Shown: positions 34,801 to 47,772 of the stretch, piece after piece | Layout: every line of letters begins with the position of its first letter | Position numbering within the stretch: position 1 is the stretch's first letter | Source of the DNA: Squalus acanthias | Lineage: Eukaryota | Direction: 5' to 3' | Assembly: GCA_030390025.1 (NCBI GenBank) | Contig: JASTWF010000349.1 | Span: forward strand, 62,001-126,000 | DNA length: 64,000 nt | Made by a program: the position numbers and the translations under genes | Notes under the pieces: model-generated | The model's input: the letters and a program-made list of their open reading frames with translations, nothing else | Told to the model about the DNA's origin: nothing | Databases searched by the model: none

Positions 34801-37800
34801 CGACATTGCAACATTCCCCCAGTACTCCAACTCCAACAGTGCAGCGCTCCCTCAGTACTGCCCCTCCGACAGTGCTGCACTCCCTCAGTACTGTCCCTCC
34901 GACTGTGCAACACTCCCTCAGTACTGCCCCTCCGACAGTGCAGCCGTCCCTCAGTAGTGTCCTTCCGACAGTGCAGCACTCCCTCAGTGCTGTCCCTCCA
35001 AACAGTGCAGTGCCCCCTCAGTACTGCCCCTCTGACAGTGCAGCACTCCCTCAGTGCTGTCCCTCCGACAGTGCAGTGCCCCCTCAGTACTGCCCCTCTG
35101 ACAGTGCAGCACTCCCTCAGTGCTGTCCCTCCGACAGTGCAGTGCCCCCTCAGTACTGCCCCTCTGACAGTGCAGCACTCCCTCAGTACTGCCCCCTCGA
35201 CATTGCAACATTCCCCCAGTACTCCAACTCCAACAGTGCAGCGCTCCCTCAGTACTGCCCCTCCGACAGTGCTGCACTCCCTCAGTACTGTCCCTCCGAC
35301 AGTGCAGCACTCCCTCAGTACTGTCCCTCCGACTGTGCAACACTCCCTCAGTCCTGCCCCTCCGACAGTGCAGCGCTCCCTCAGTACTGCCCCTCCGACA
35401 GTGCAGCGCTCCCTCAATACTGGCCCTCCGTCAGTGCAGCGCTCCCTCAGTTTCGTCCCTCCGACAGTGCAGCCCTGCCTCAGTACTGTCCCTCCGACTG
35501 TGCAACACTCCCTCAGTACTGCCACTCGGACAGTGCAGCATTCCCTCAGTACTACACCTCCGACAGTGCAGCGCTCCCTCAGTACTGCCCCTCCGACAGT
35601 GCAGCAATCCCTCAGTACACCACCTCCGACAGTGCAGCGCTCCCTCAGTACTGCCCCTCCAACAGTGCAGCGCTCCCTCAATACTGGCCCTCTGTCAGTG
35701 CAGCACTCCCTCAGTACTGCCCCTACAACAGTGCAGCGCTCCCTCAGTACTGCCACTCCGACAGTGCAGCGCTCCCTCAGTTTCGTCCCTCCGACCGTGC
35801 AGCCCTCCCTCAGTACTGGCCCTCTGACAGTGCAGCGCTCCCTCAGTACTGCACTTCCGACAGTGCAGCGCTCCCTCAGTACGGCTCCTCCGAAAGTGCA
35901 GCACTCTCTCAGTATTGCACCTCCGACAGTGCTGCACTCCCTCAGTACTGTCCCTCCGACAGTGCAGCACTCCCTCAGTACTGCCCCTCGGACAGTGCAG
36001 CACTCCCTCAGTACTGCACCTCCGACAGTGCAGCACTCCCTCAGTACTGCCCTTCCGACTGTGCAGCCGTCCCTCAGTACTGTCACTCCGACAGTGCAGT
36101 GCTCACTCAGTACTGCCCCTCTGACAGTGCAGCACTCCCTCAGTAATGCCCCTCCGACAGTGCAGCACTCCCTCAGTACTGTACCTCCGACATTGCAACA
36201 TTCTCCCAGTACCCCATTCCGACAGTGTAGAACTCCCTCATTACTGTCCCTCCGACAGTGCAGCACTCCCTCAGTACTGCCCCTCCGACAGTGCAGCACT
36301 CCCTCAGTACTGCCCCTCCGACAGTGCGGCGTTCCCACAGTACTGCCCCTCCGACAGTGCAGCGCTCCCTCAGTACTGCCCTTCCGACAGTGCAGCGCTC
36401 CCTCAGTAATGTACCTCCGACATTGCAACATTCTCCCAGTACTCCAACTCCGACAGTGCAGCACTCCCTCAGTACTGTCCCTCCGACAGTGCAGCGGTCC
36501 CTCAATACTGGCCCTCCGACAGTGCAGCACTCCCTCAGTACTGCCCTTCCGACAGTGCAGTGCTCCCTCAGTCCTGCCCCTCCGACAGTGCAGCCCTCCC
36601 TCAGTACTGTCCCTCCGACAGTGCAGTGCTCACTCAGTACTGCCCCTCTGACAGTGGAGCGCTCCCTCAGTACTGCCCCTCCGACAGTGCAGCACGCCCT
36701 CAGTAATGTACCTCCGACATTGCAACATTCCCCCAGTACTCCAAATCCGACAGTGTAGCGCGACCTCAGTAATGTCCCTCCGACAGTGCAGCACTCCCTC
36801 AGTACTGCCCCTCTGACAGTGCAGCCCTCCCTCAGTGCTGTCCCTCCGACAGTGCAGTGCCCCCTCAGTACTGCCCCCTCGACATTGCAACATTCCCCCA
36901 GTACTCCAAATCCAACAGTGGAGCGCTCCCTCAGTACTGCACCTCCGACAGTACAGCGCTCCCTCAGTACTGTCCCTCCGACAGTGCAACCCTCCCTCAG
37001 TACTGCCCCCCGACAGTGCAGCACTCCCTCAGTACTGTCCCTCCGACTGTGCAACACTCCCTCAGTACTGCCCCTCCGACAGTGCAGCGCTCCCTCAGTA
37101 CTGCCCCTCCGACAGTGCAGCATTCCCTCAGTACTACACCTCCGACAGTGCAGCGCTCCCTCAGTACTGCCCCTCCGACAGTGCAGCAATCCCTCAGTAC
37201 ACCACCTCCGACAGTGCAGCGCTCCCTCAGTACTGCCCCTCCGACAGTGCAGCGCTCCCTCAATACTGGCCCTCTGTCAGTGCAGCACTCCCTCAGTACT
37301 GCCCCTACGACAGTGCAGCGCTCCCTCAGTACTGCCACTCCGACAGTGCAGCGCTCCCTCAGTTTCGTCCCTCCGACCGTGCAGCCCTCCCTCAGTACTG
37401 GCCCTCTGACAGTGCAGCGCTCCCTCAGTACTGCACTTCCGACAGTGCAGCGCTCCCTCAGTACGGCTCCTCCGAAAGTGCAGCACTCTCTCAGTATTGC
37501 ACCTCCGACAGTGCTGCACTCCCTCAGTACTGTCCCTCCGACAGTGCAGCACTCCCTCAGTACTGCCCCTCGGACAGTGCAGCACTCCCTCAGTACTGCA
37601 CCTCCGACAGTGCAGCACTCCCTCAGTACTGCCCTTCCGACTGTGCAGCCGTCCCTCAGTACTGTCACTCCGACAGTGCAGTGCTCACTCAGTACTGCCC
37701 CTCTGACAGTGCAGCACTCCCTCAGTAATGCCCCTCCGACAGTGCAGCACTCCCTCAGTACTGTACCTCCGACATTGCAACATTCTCCTAGTACTCCAAC

Positions 37801-40800
37801 TCCGACAGTGTAGAACTCCCTCATTACTGTCCCTCCGACAGTGCAGCAGTCCCTCAGTACTGCCCCTCCGACAGTGCAGCACTCCCTCAGTACTGCCCCT
37901 CCGACAGTGCGGCGTTCCCACAGTACTGCCCCTCCGACAGTGCAGCGCTCCCTCAGTACTGCCCTTCCGACAGTGCAGCGCTCCCTCAGTAATGTACCTC
38001 CGACATTGCAACATTCTCCCAGTACTCCAACTCCGACAGTGCAGCACTCCCTCAGTACTGTCCCTCCGACAGTGCAGCGGTCCCTCAATACTGGCCCTCC
38101 GACAGTGCAGCACTCCCTCAGTACTGCCCTTCCGACAGTGCAGCGCTCCCTCAGTAATGTACCTCCGACAGTGCAGTGCTTCCTCAGTACTGCCCCTCTG
38201 ACAGTGCAGCGCTCCCTCAGTACTGCCCCTCCGACAGTGCAGCACGCCCTCAGTAATGTACCTCCGACATTGCAACATTCCCCCAGTACACCAAATCCGA
38301 CAGTGTAGCGCTACCTCAGTACTGTCCCTCCGACAGTGCAGCACTCCCTCAGTACTGTCCCTCTGACAGTGCAGCCCTCCCTCAGTGCTGTCCCTCCGAC
38401 AGTGCAACATTCCCCCAGTACTGTCCCTCCGACTGTGCAACACTCCCTCAGTACTGTCCCTCCGACAGTGCAACACTCCCTCAGTACTGCCCCCCCGACA
38501 GTGCAGCACTCCCTCAGTACTGTCCCTCCGACTGTGCAACACTCCCTCAGTACTGTCCCTCCGACAGTGCAGCACTCCCTCAGTACTGTCCCTCCGACTG
38601 TGCAACACTCCCTCAGTACTGCCCCTCCGACAGTGCAGCGCTCCCTCAGTACTGCCCCTCCGACACTGCAGCGCTCCCTCATTACTGCCCCTCCGACAGT
38701 GCAGCAATCCCTCAGTACACCACCTCCGACAGTGCAGCGCTCCCTCAGTACTGCCCCTCCGACAGTGCAGCGCTCCCTCAATACTGGCCCTCCGTCAGTG
38801 CAGCACTCCCTCAGTACTGCCCCTACGACAGTGCAGCGCTCCCTCAGTACTGCCCCTCTGACAGTGCAGAACTCCCTCAGTACTGCCCCTCCGACAGTGC
38901 AGCGCTCCCTCAGTACTGCCACTCCGACAGTGCAGAACTCCCTCAGTACTGCCCCTACGACAGTGCAGCGCTCCCTCAGTACTGCCCCTCTGACAGTGCA
39001 GAACTCCCTCAGTACTGCCCCAAGAAAGTGCAGCGCTCCCTCAGTACTGCCACTCCGACAGTGCAGCGCTCCCTCAATTTCGTCCCTCCGACCGTGCAGC
39101 CCTCCCTCAGTACTGGCCCTCTGACAGTGCAGCGCTCCCTCAGTACTGCACTTCCGACAGTACAGCGCTCCCTCAGTACGGCTCCTCCGAAAGTGCAGCA
39201 CTCCCTCAGTATTGCACCTCCGACAGTGCTGCACTCCCTCAGTACTGTCCCTCCGACAGTGCAGCACTCCCTCAGTACTGCCCCTCTGACAGTGCAGCAC
39301 TCCCTCAGTACTGCACCTCCGACAGTGCAGCACTCCCTCAGTACTGCACCTCCGACAGTGCTGCACTCCCTCAGTACTGTCCCTCCGACAGTGCAGCACT
39401 CCCTCAGTACTGCCCCTCCGACAGTGCAGCACTCCCTCAGTACTGCCCCTCTGACAGTGCAGCACTCCCTCAGTACTGTCCCTCCGACAGTGCAGCACTC
39501 CCTCAGTACTGCCCCTCCGACAGTGCTGCACTCCCTCAGTACTGCACCTCCGACAGTGCTGCACTCCCTCAGTACTGTCACTCCGACAGTGCAGTGCTCC
39601 CTCAGTACTGCCCCTCTGACAGTGCAGCACTCCCTCAGTACTGCCCCTCCGACAGTGCAGCACTCCCTCAGTACTGCCCCTGCGACATTGCAACATTCCC
39701 CCAGTACTCCAACTCCGACAGTGCAGCACTCCCTCAGTTTTGTCCCTCCGACAGTGCAGCCCTCCCTCAGTACTGCGCCTCTGACAGTGCAGCCCTCCCT
39801 CAGTACTGTCTGTCCGACACAAACACTCCCTCCGTACTGCACCTCCGACACAAACACTCCCTCAGTACTGCACCTCCGACAGCGCAACACTCCCTCAGTC
39901 GTGCCCCCCGACACTACAGCGCTACCTCAGTACTACACCCCCCGACAATGCAACACTCCCTCAGTACTGCTGCTCCGACAGTGCTGCACTCCCTCAGTAA
40001 TGTCCCTCCGACAGTGCAGCACTCCCTCAGTACTGCCCCTCTGACAGTGCAGCCCTCCCTCAGTGCTGTCCCTTCGACAGTGCAGTGCTCCCTCAGTACT
40101 GCCCCTCGACATTGCAACATTCCCCCAGTACACCAACTCCAACAGTGCAGCGCTCCCTCAGTACTGCACCTCCAACAGTACAGCGCTCCCTCAGTACTAT
40201 CCCTCCGACAGTGCAATACTCCCTCAATACTCCCCCCCCGTCAGTGCAGCGTTCCCTCAGTACTGCCCCTCCGACAGTGCAGCAATCCCTCAGTACACCA
40301 CCTTTGACAGTGCAGCGCTCCCTCAGTACTGCCCCTCCGACAGTGCAGCGCTCCCTCAGTACTGCCCCTCCGACAGTGGAGCGCTCCCTCAGTACTGCCA
40401 CTCCGACAGTGCAGCGCTCCCTCAGTTTCGTCCCTCCGACAGTGCAGCCCTGCCTCAGTACTTGCCCTCCGACAGTGCAGCGCTCTCTCAGCACTGCCCC
40501 CCCGACAGTGCAGCGCTCCCTCAGTTTTGTCCCTCCGACCGTGCAGCCCTCCCTCAGTACTGGCCCTCTGACAGTGCAGCGCTCCCTCAGTACTGCACCT
40601 CCGACAGTGCAGCGCTCCCTCAGTACTGCTCCTCCGACAGTGCAGCACTCCCTCAGTATTGCACCTCCGACAGTGCTGCACTCCCTCAGCACTGTCCCTC
40701 CGACAGTGCAGCACTCCCTCAGTACTGCCCCTCTGACAGTGCAGCACTCCCTCAGTACTGCACCTCCGACAGTGCAGGACTCCCTCAGTACTGCCCCTCC

Positions 40801-43800
40801 GACAGTGCAGCCGTCCCTCAGTACTGTCCCTCCGACAGTGCTGCGCTCCCTCATTACTGCCCCTCTGACAGTGCAGCACTCCCTCAGTACTGCACCTCCG
40901 ACAGTGCAGCGCTCCCTCAGTAATGTCACTCCAAAAGTGCAGCGCTCCCTCAGCACTGGCCCTCCGACAGTGCAGCGCTCCCTCAGTGCTGCACCTCCGA
41001 CAGTGCAGCGCTCCCTCAGTGCTGCACCTCCGACAGTGCAGCGCTCCCTTAGTACTGCCACTCCGACAGTGCAGCGCTCCCTCAATTTGTCCTTCCGACA
41101 GTGCAGCCCTCCCTCAGTACTGACACTCCGACAGTGCAGCCCTCCCTCAGTTTTGTCCCTCCGACAGTGCAGCACTCCCTCAGTACTGCCCCTCTGACAG
41201 TGCAGCACTCCCTCAGTACTGTCTGTCCGACACAAACACTCCCTCAGTACTGCACCTCCGACACAAACACTCCCTCAGTACTGAATCTCCGACAGCGCAA
41301 CACTCCCTCAGTCGTGCCCCCCGACACTACAGCGCTACCTCAGTACTACAACCCCGACAATGCAACATTCCCTTAGTACTGCTGCTCCGACAGTGCTGCA
41401 CTACCTCAGTAATGTCCCTCCGACAGTGCAGCACTCCCTCAGTACTCCCCACCGACAGTGCAGCGTTCCCTCAGTACTGCCCCTCCGACAGTGCAGCAAT
41501 CCCTCAGTACACCACCTTTGACAGTGCAGCGCTCCCTCAGTACTGCCCCTCCGACAGTGCAGCGCTCCCTCAGTACTGCCCCTCCGACAGTGCAGCATTC
41601 CCTCAGTACTGCCCCTCCCACAGTGCAGCATTCCCTCAGTACTGTCCCTCCGACGGTGCAACACTCCCTCAGTACTGCCCCTCTGACAGTGCAGCGCTCC
41701 CTCAGTACTGCCCCTCCGACAGTGCAGCGCTTCATCAGTACTGCCCCTCTGACAGTGCAGCGCTCCCTCAGTACTGCCCCTCCGACAGTGCAGCGCTCCC
41801 TCAGTACTGCCCCTCCGACAGAGCAGCGCATCCTCAGTACTGCCGCTCCGACAGTGCAGCACTCCGTCAGTACTGCACCCCCGACAGTGCAGCGCTCCCT
41901 CAGTACTGCCGCTCCGACAGTGCAGCACTACCTCAGTACTGCCCCTGCGACAGTGCAGCGCTCCCTCAGTACTGCCCCTCCGACGGTGCTGCACTCCCTC
42001 AGTACTGCCCCTCCGATAGTGCAGCGCTCCCTCAGTACTGCCCCTCCGACAGTGCTGCACTCCCTCAGTACTGCACCTCCGACAGTGCAGCGCTCCCTCA
42101 GTACTGCTGTTCCGACAGTGCAGCGCTCCCTCAGTACTGCCCCTCCGACAGTGTAGCGCTTCCTCAGTACTGCCCCTCCGACAGTGCAGCGCTCCCTCAG
42201 TACTGCACCTCCGACAGTACAGCGCTCCCTCAGTACTGTCCCTCCGACAGTGCAGCACTCCCTCAGTATTGCCTCACCGACAGTGCAGCGCTCCCTCAGT
42301 ACTGTCCTTCCGACTGTGCAACACTCCCTCAGTACTGTCGCTCCGACAGTGCAGCGCTCCCTCAGTACTGTCCCTCCGACAGTGCAGCGCTCCCTCAGTA
42401 CTGCCCCTTCGACAGTGCAGCATTCCCTCAGTACTCTCCCTCCGACAGTGCAGCCCTCTCTCAGTACTTCCCCCGCCGACAGTGCAGCGCTCCCTCAGTA
42501 CTGCTCCTCCGACAGTGCAGCATTCCCTCAGTACTACACCTCCGACAGTGCAGCGCTCCCTCAGTACTGCCCCTCCGACAGTGCAGCAATCACTCAGTAC
42601 ACCACCTCCGACAGTGCAGCGCTCCCTCAGTACTGCCCCTCCGACAGTGCAGCAATCACTCAGTACACCACCTCCGACAGTGCAGCGCTCCCTCAGTACT
42701 GCCCCTTCGACAGTGCAGCGCTTCCTCAATACTGGCCCTCCGACAGTGCAGCACTCCCTCAATACTGCCCTACGACAGTGCAGCGCTCCATCAGTACTAA
42801 CACTTCTACAGTGCAGCGCTCCCTCAGTTTCGTCCCTCCGACAGTGCAGCCCTCCCTAAGTACTGGCACTCCGACAGTGCAGCGCTCCCTCAGCACTGCC
42901 TCCCCGACAGTGCAGCGCTCCCTCAGTAATGCCACTCCGACAGTGCAGCCCTCCCTCAGTTTTGACCCTCCGACAGTGCAGCACTCACTCAATACTGCCC
43001 CTCCGACAGTGCAGCGCTTCCTCGGCAATGCCCCCCCGACAATGCAGCACTCCCTCAGTACTGCCCCTCTGACAGTGCAGCACTCCCTCAGTAATGTCCC
43101 TCCGACAGTGCAGCACTCCCTCAGTACTGCCCCTCCGACAGTGCAGCGCTCCCTCAGTACTGCCCCTCCGACAGTGCAGCGCTCCCTCAGTACTGCCCCT
43201 CCTACAGTGCAGCGCTCCCTCAGTACTGCAGCTCTGACAGTACAGCGCTCCCTCAGTACTGCCCCTCGACAGTGCAGCATTCCCCCGTACTCCACCTCCG
43301 ACAGTGCAGCGCTCCCTCAGTACTGCACCTCCGACAGTACAGCACTCCCTCAGTACTGCCCCTCCGACTGTGCAGCCGTCCCTCAGTACTGTCACTCCGA
43401 CAGTGCAGTGCTCCCTCAGTACTGCCCCTCTGACAGTGCAGCACTCCCTCAGTAATGCCCCTCCGACAGTGCAGCACTCCCTCAGTACTGTCCCTCCGAC
43501 ATTGCAGCATCTCCTCAGTACTCCACTCCGACAGTGTAGAACTCCCTCATTACTGTCCCTCCGACAGTGCAGCAGCTCCCTCAGTACTGCCCCTCCGACA
43601 GTGCAGCACTCCCTCAGTACTGCCCCTCCGACAGTGCAGCGTTCCCACAGTACTGCCCCTCCGACAGTGCAGCGCTCCCTCAGTACTGCCCTCCGACAGT
43701 GCAGCGCTCCCTCAGTAATGTACCTCCGACATTGCAACATTCTCCCAGTACTCCAACTCCGACAGTGCAGCACTCCCTCAGTACTGTCCCTCCGACAGTG

Positions 43801-46800
43801 CAGCGGTCCCTCAATACTGGCCCTCCGACAGTGCAGCACTCCCTCAGTACTGCCCTTCCGACAGTGCAGCGCTCCCTCAGTAATGTACCTCCGACAGTGC
43901 AGTGCTTCCTCAGTACTGCCCCTCTGACAGTGCAGCGCTCCCTCAGTACTGCCCCTCCGACAGTGCAGCACGCCCTCAGTAATGTACCTCCGACATTGCA
44001 ACATTCCCCCAGTACACCAAATCCGACAGTGTAGCGCTACCTCAGTACTGTCCCTCCGACAGTGCAGCACTCCCTCAGTACTGTCCCTCTGACAGTGCAG
44101 CCCTCCCTCAGTGCTGTCCCTCCGACAGTGCAACATTCCCCCAGTACTGTCCCTCCGACTGTGCAACACTCCCTCAGTACTGTCCCTCCGACAGTGCAAC
44201 ACTCCCTCAGTACTGCCCCCCCGACAGTGCAGCACTCCCTCAGTACTGTCCCTCCGACTGTGCAACACTCCCTCAGTACTGTCCCTCCGACAGTGCAGCA
44301 CTCCCTCAGTACTGTCCCTCCGACTGTGCAACACTCCCTCAGTACTGCCCCTCCGACAGTGCAGCGCTCCCTCAGTACTGCCCCTCCGACACTGCAGCGC
44401 TCCCTCATTACTGCCCCTCCGACAGTGCAGCAATCCCTCAGTACACCACCTCCGACAGTGCAGCGCTCCCTCAGTACTGCCCCTCCGACAGTGCAGCGCT
44501 CCCTCAATACTGGCCCTCCGTCAGTGCAGCACTCCCTCAGTACTGCCCCTACGACAGTGCAGCGCTCCCTCAGTACTGCCCCTCTGACAGTGCAGAACTC
44601 CCTCAGTACTGCCCCTCCGACAGTGCAGCGCTCCCTCAGTACTGCCACTCCGACAGTGCAGAACTCCCTCAGTACTGCCCCTACGACAGTGCAGCGCTCC
44701 CTCAGTACTGCCCCTCTGACAGTGCAGAACTCCCTCAGTACTGCCCCAAGAAAGTGCAGCGCTCCCTCAGTACTGCCACTCCGACAGTGCAGCGCTCCCT
44801 CAATTTCGTCCCTCCGACCGTGCAGCCCTCCCTCAGTACTGGCCCTCTGACAGTGCAGCGCTCCCTCAGTACTGCACTTCCGACAGTACAGCGCTCCCTC
44901 AGTACGGCTCCTCCGAAAGTGCAGCACTCCCTCAGTATTGCACCTCCGACAGTGCTGCACTCCCTCAGTACTGTCCCTCCGACAGTGCAGCACTCCCTCA
45001 GTACTGCCCCTCTGACAGTGCAGCACTCCCTCAGTACTGCACCTCCGACAGTGCAGCACTCCCTCAGTACTGCACCTCCGACAGTGCTGCACTCCCTCAG
45101 TACTGTCCCTCCGACAGTGCAGCACTCCCTCAGTACTGCCCCTCCGACAGTGCAGCACTCCCTCAGTACTGCCCCTCTGACAGTGCAGCACTCCCTCAGT
45201 ACTGTCCCTCCGACAGTGCAGCACTCCCTCAGTACTGCCCCTCCGACAGTGCTGCACTCCCTCAGTACTGCACCTCCGACAGTGCTGCACTCCCTCAGTA
45301 CTGTCACTCCGACAGTGCAGTGCTCCCTCAGTACTGCCCCTCTGACAGTGCAGCACTCCCTCAGTACTGCCCCTCCGACAGTGCAGCACTCCCTCAGTAC
45401 TGCCCCTGCGACATTGCAACATTCCCCCAGTACTCCAACTCCGACAGTGCAGCACTCCCTCAGTTTTGTCCCTCCGACAGTGCAGCCCTCCCTCAGTACT
45501 GCGCCTCTGACAGTGCAGCCCTCCCTCAGTACTGTCTGTCCGACACAAACACTCCCTCCGTACTGCACCTCCGACACAAACACTCCCTCAGTACTGCACC
45601 TCCGACAGCGCAACACTCCCTCAGTCGTGCCCCCCGACACTACAGCGCTACCTCAGTACTACACCCCCCGACAATGCAACACTCCCTCAGTACTGCTGCT
45701 CCGACAGTGCTGCACTCCCTCAGTAATGTCCCTCCGACAGTGCAGCACTCCCTCAGTACTGCCCCTCTGACAGTGCAGCCCTCCCTCAGTGCTGTCCCTT
45801 CGACAGTGCAGTGCTCCCTCAGTACTGCCCCTCGACATTGCAACATTCCCCCAGTACACCAACTCCAACAGTGCAGCGCTCCCTCAGTACTGCACCTCCA
45901 ACAGTACAGCGCTCCCTCAGTACTATCCCTCCGACAGTGCAATACTCCCTCAATACTCCCCCCCCGTCAGTGCAGCGTTCCCTCAGTACTGCCCCTCCGA
46001 CAGTGCAGCAATCCCTCAGTACACCACCTTTGACAGTGCAGCGCTCCCTCAGTACTGCCCCTCCGACAGTGCAGCGCTCCCTCAGTACTGCCCCTCCGAC
46101 AGTGGAGCGCTCCCTCAGTACTGCCACTCCGACAGTGCAGCGCTCCCTCAGTTTCGTCCCTCCGACAGTGCAGCCCTGCCTCAGTACTTGCCCTCCGACA
46201 GTGCAGCGCTCTCTCAGCACTGCCCCCCCGACAGTGCAGCGCTCCCTCAGTTTTGTCCCTCCGACCGTGCAGCCCTCCCTCAGTACTGGCCCTCTGACAG
46301 TGCAGCGCTCCCTCAGTACTGCACCTCCGACAGTGCAGCGCTCCCTCAGTACTGCTCCTCCGACAGTGCAGCACTCCCTCAGTATTGCACCTCCGACAGT
46401 GCTGCACTCCCTCAGCACTGTCCCTCCGACAGTGCAGCACTCCCTCAGTACTGCCCCTCTGACAGTGCAGCACTCCCTCAGTACTGCACCTCCGACAGTG
46501 CAGGACTCCCTCAGTACTGCCCCTCCGACAGTGCAGCCGTCCCTCAGTACTGTCCCTCCGACAGTGCTGCGCTCCCTCATTACTGCCCCTCTGACAGTGC
46601 AGCACTCCCTCAGTACTGCACCTCCGACAGTGCAGCGCTCCCTCAGTAATGTCACTCCAAAAGTGCAGCGCTCCCTCAGCACTGGCCCTCCGACAGTGCA
46701 GCGCTCCCTCAGTGCTGCACCTCCGACAGTGCAGCGCTCCCTCAGTGCTGCACCTCCGACAGTGCAGCGCTCCCTTAGTACTGCCACTCCGACAGTGCAG

Positions 46801-47572
46801 CGCTCCCTCAATTTGTCCTTCCGACAGTGCAGCCCTCCCTCAGTACTGACACTCCGACAGTGCAGCCCTCCCTCAGTTTTGTCCCTCCGACAGTGCAGCA
46901 CTCCCTCAGTACTGCCCCTCTGACAGTGCAGCACTCCCTCAGTACTGTCTGTCCGACACAAACACTCCCTCAGTACTGCACCTCCGACACAAACACTCCC
47001 TCAGTACTGAATCTCCGACAGCGCAACACTCCCTCAGTCGTGCCCCCCGACACTACAGCGCTACCTCAGTACTACAACCCCGACAATGCAACATTCCCTT
47101 AGTACTGCTGCTCCGACAGTGCTGCACTACCTCAGTAATGTCCCTCCGACAGTGCAGCACTCCCTCAGTACTCCCCACCGACAGTGCAGCGTTCCCTCAG
47201 TACTGCCCCTCCGACAGTGCAGCAATCCCTCAGTACACCACCTTTGACAGTGCAGCGCTCCCTCAGTACTGCCCCTCCGACAGTGCAGCGCTCCCTCAGT
47301 ACTGCCCCTCCGACAGTGCAGCATTCCCTCAGTACTGCCCCTCCCACAGTGCAGCATTCCCTCAGTACTGTCCCTCCGACGGTGCAACACTCCCTCAGTA
47401 CTGCCCCTCTGACAGTGCAGCGCTCCCTCAGTACTGCCCCTCCGACAGTGCAGCGCTTCATCAGTACTGCCCCTCTGACAGTGCAGCGCTCCCTCAGTAC
47501 TGCCCCTCCGACAGTGCAGCGCTCCCTCAGTACTGCCCCTCCGACAGAGCAGCGCATCCTCAGTACTGCCCC

Positions 47573-47772
47573 NNNNNNNNNNNNNNNNNNNNNNNNNNNN
47601 NNNNNNNNNNNNNNNNNNNNNNNNNNNNNNNNNNNNNNNNNNNNNNNNNNNNNNNNNNNNNNNNNNNNNNNNNNNNNNNNNNNNNNNNNNNNNNNNNNNN
47701 NNNNNNNNNNNNNNNNNNNNNNNNNNNNNNNNNNNNNNNNNNNNNNNNNNNNNNNNNNNNNNNNNNNNNNNN
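47573..47772. other. Assembly gap (200 N)
   Basis: Run of exactly 200 N, typical of a scaffolding placeholder of unknown true size. Confidence 0.99.
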
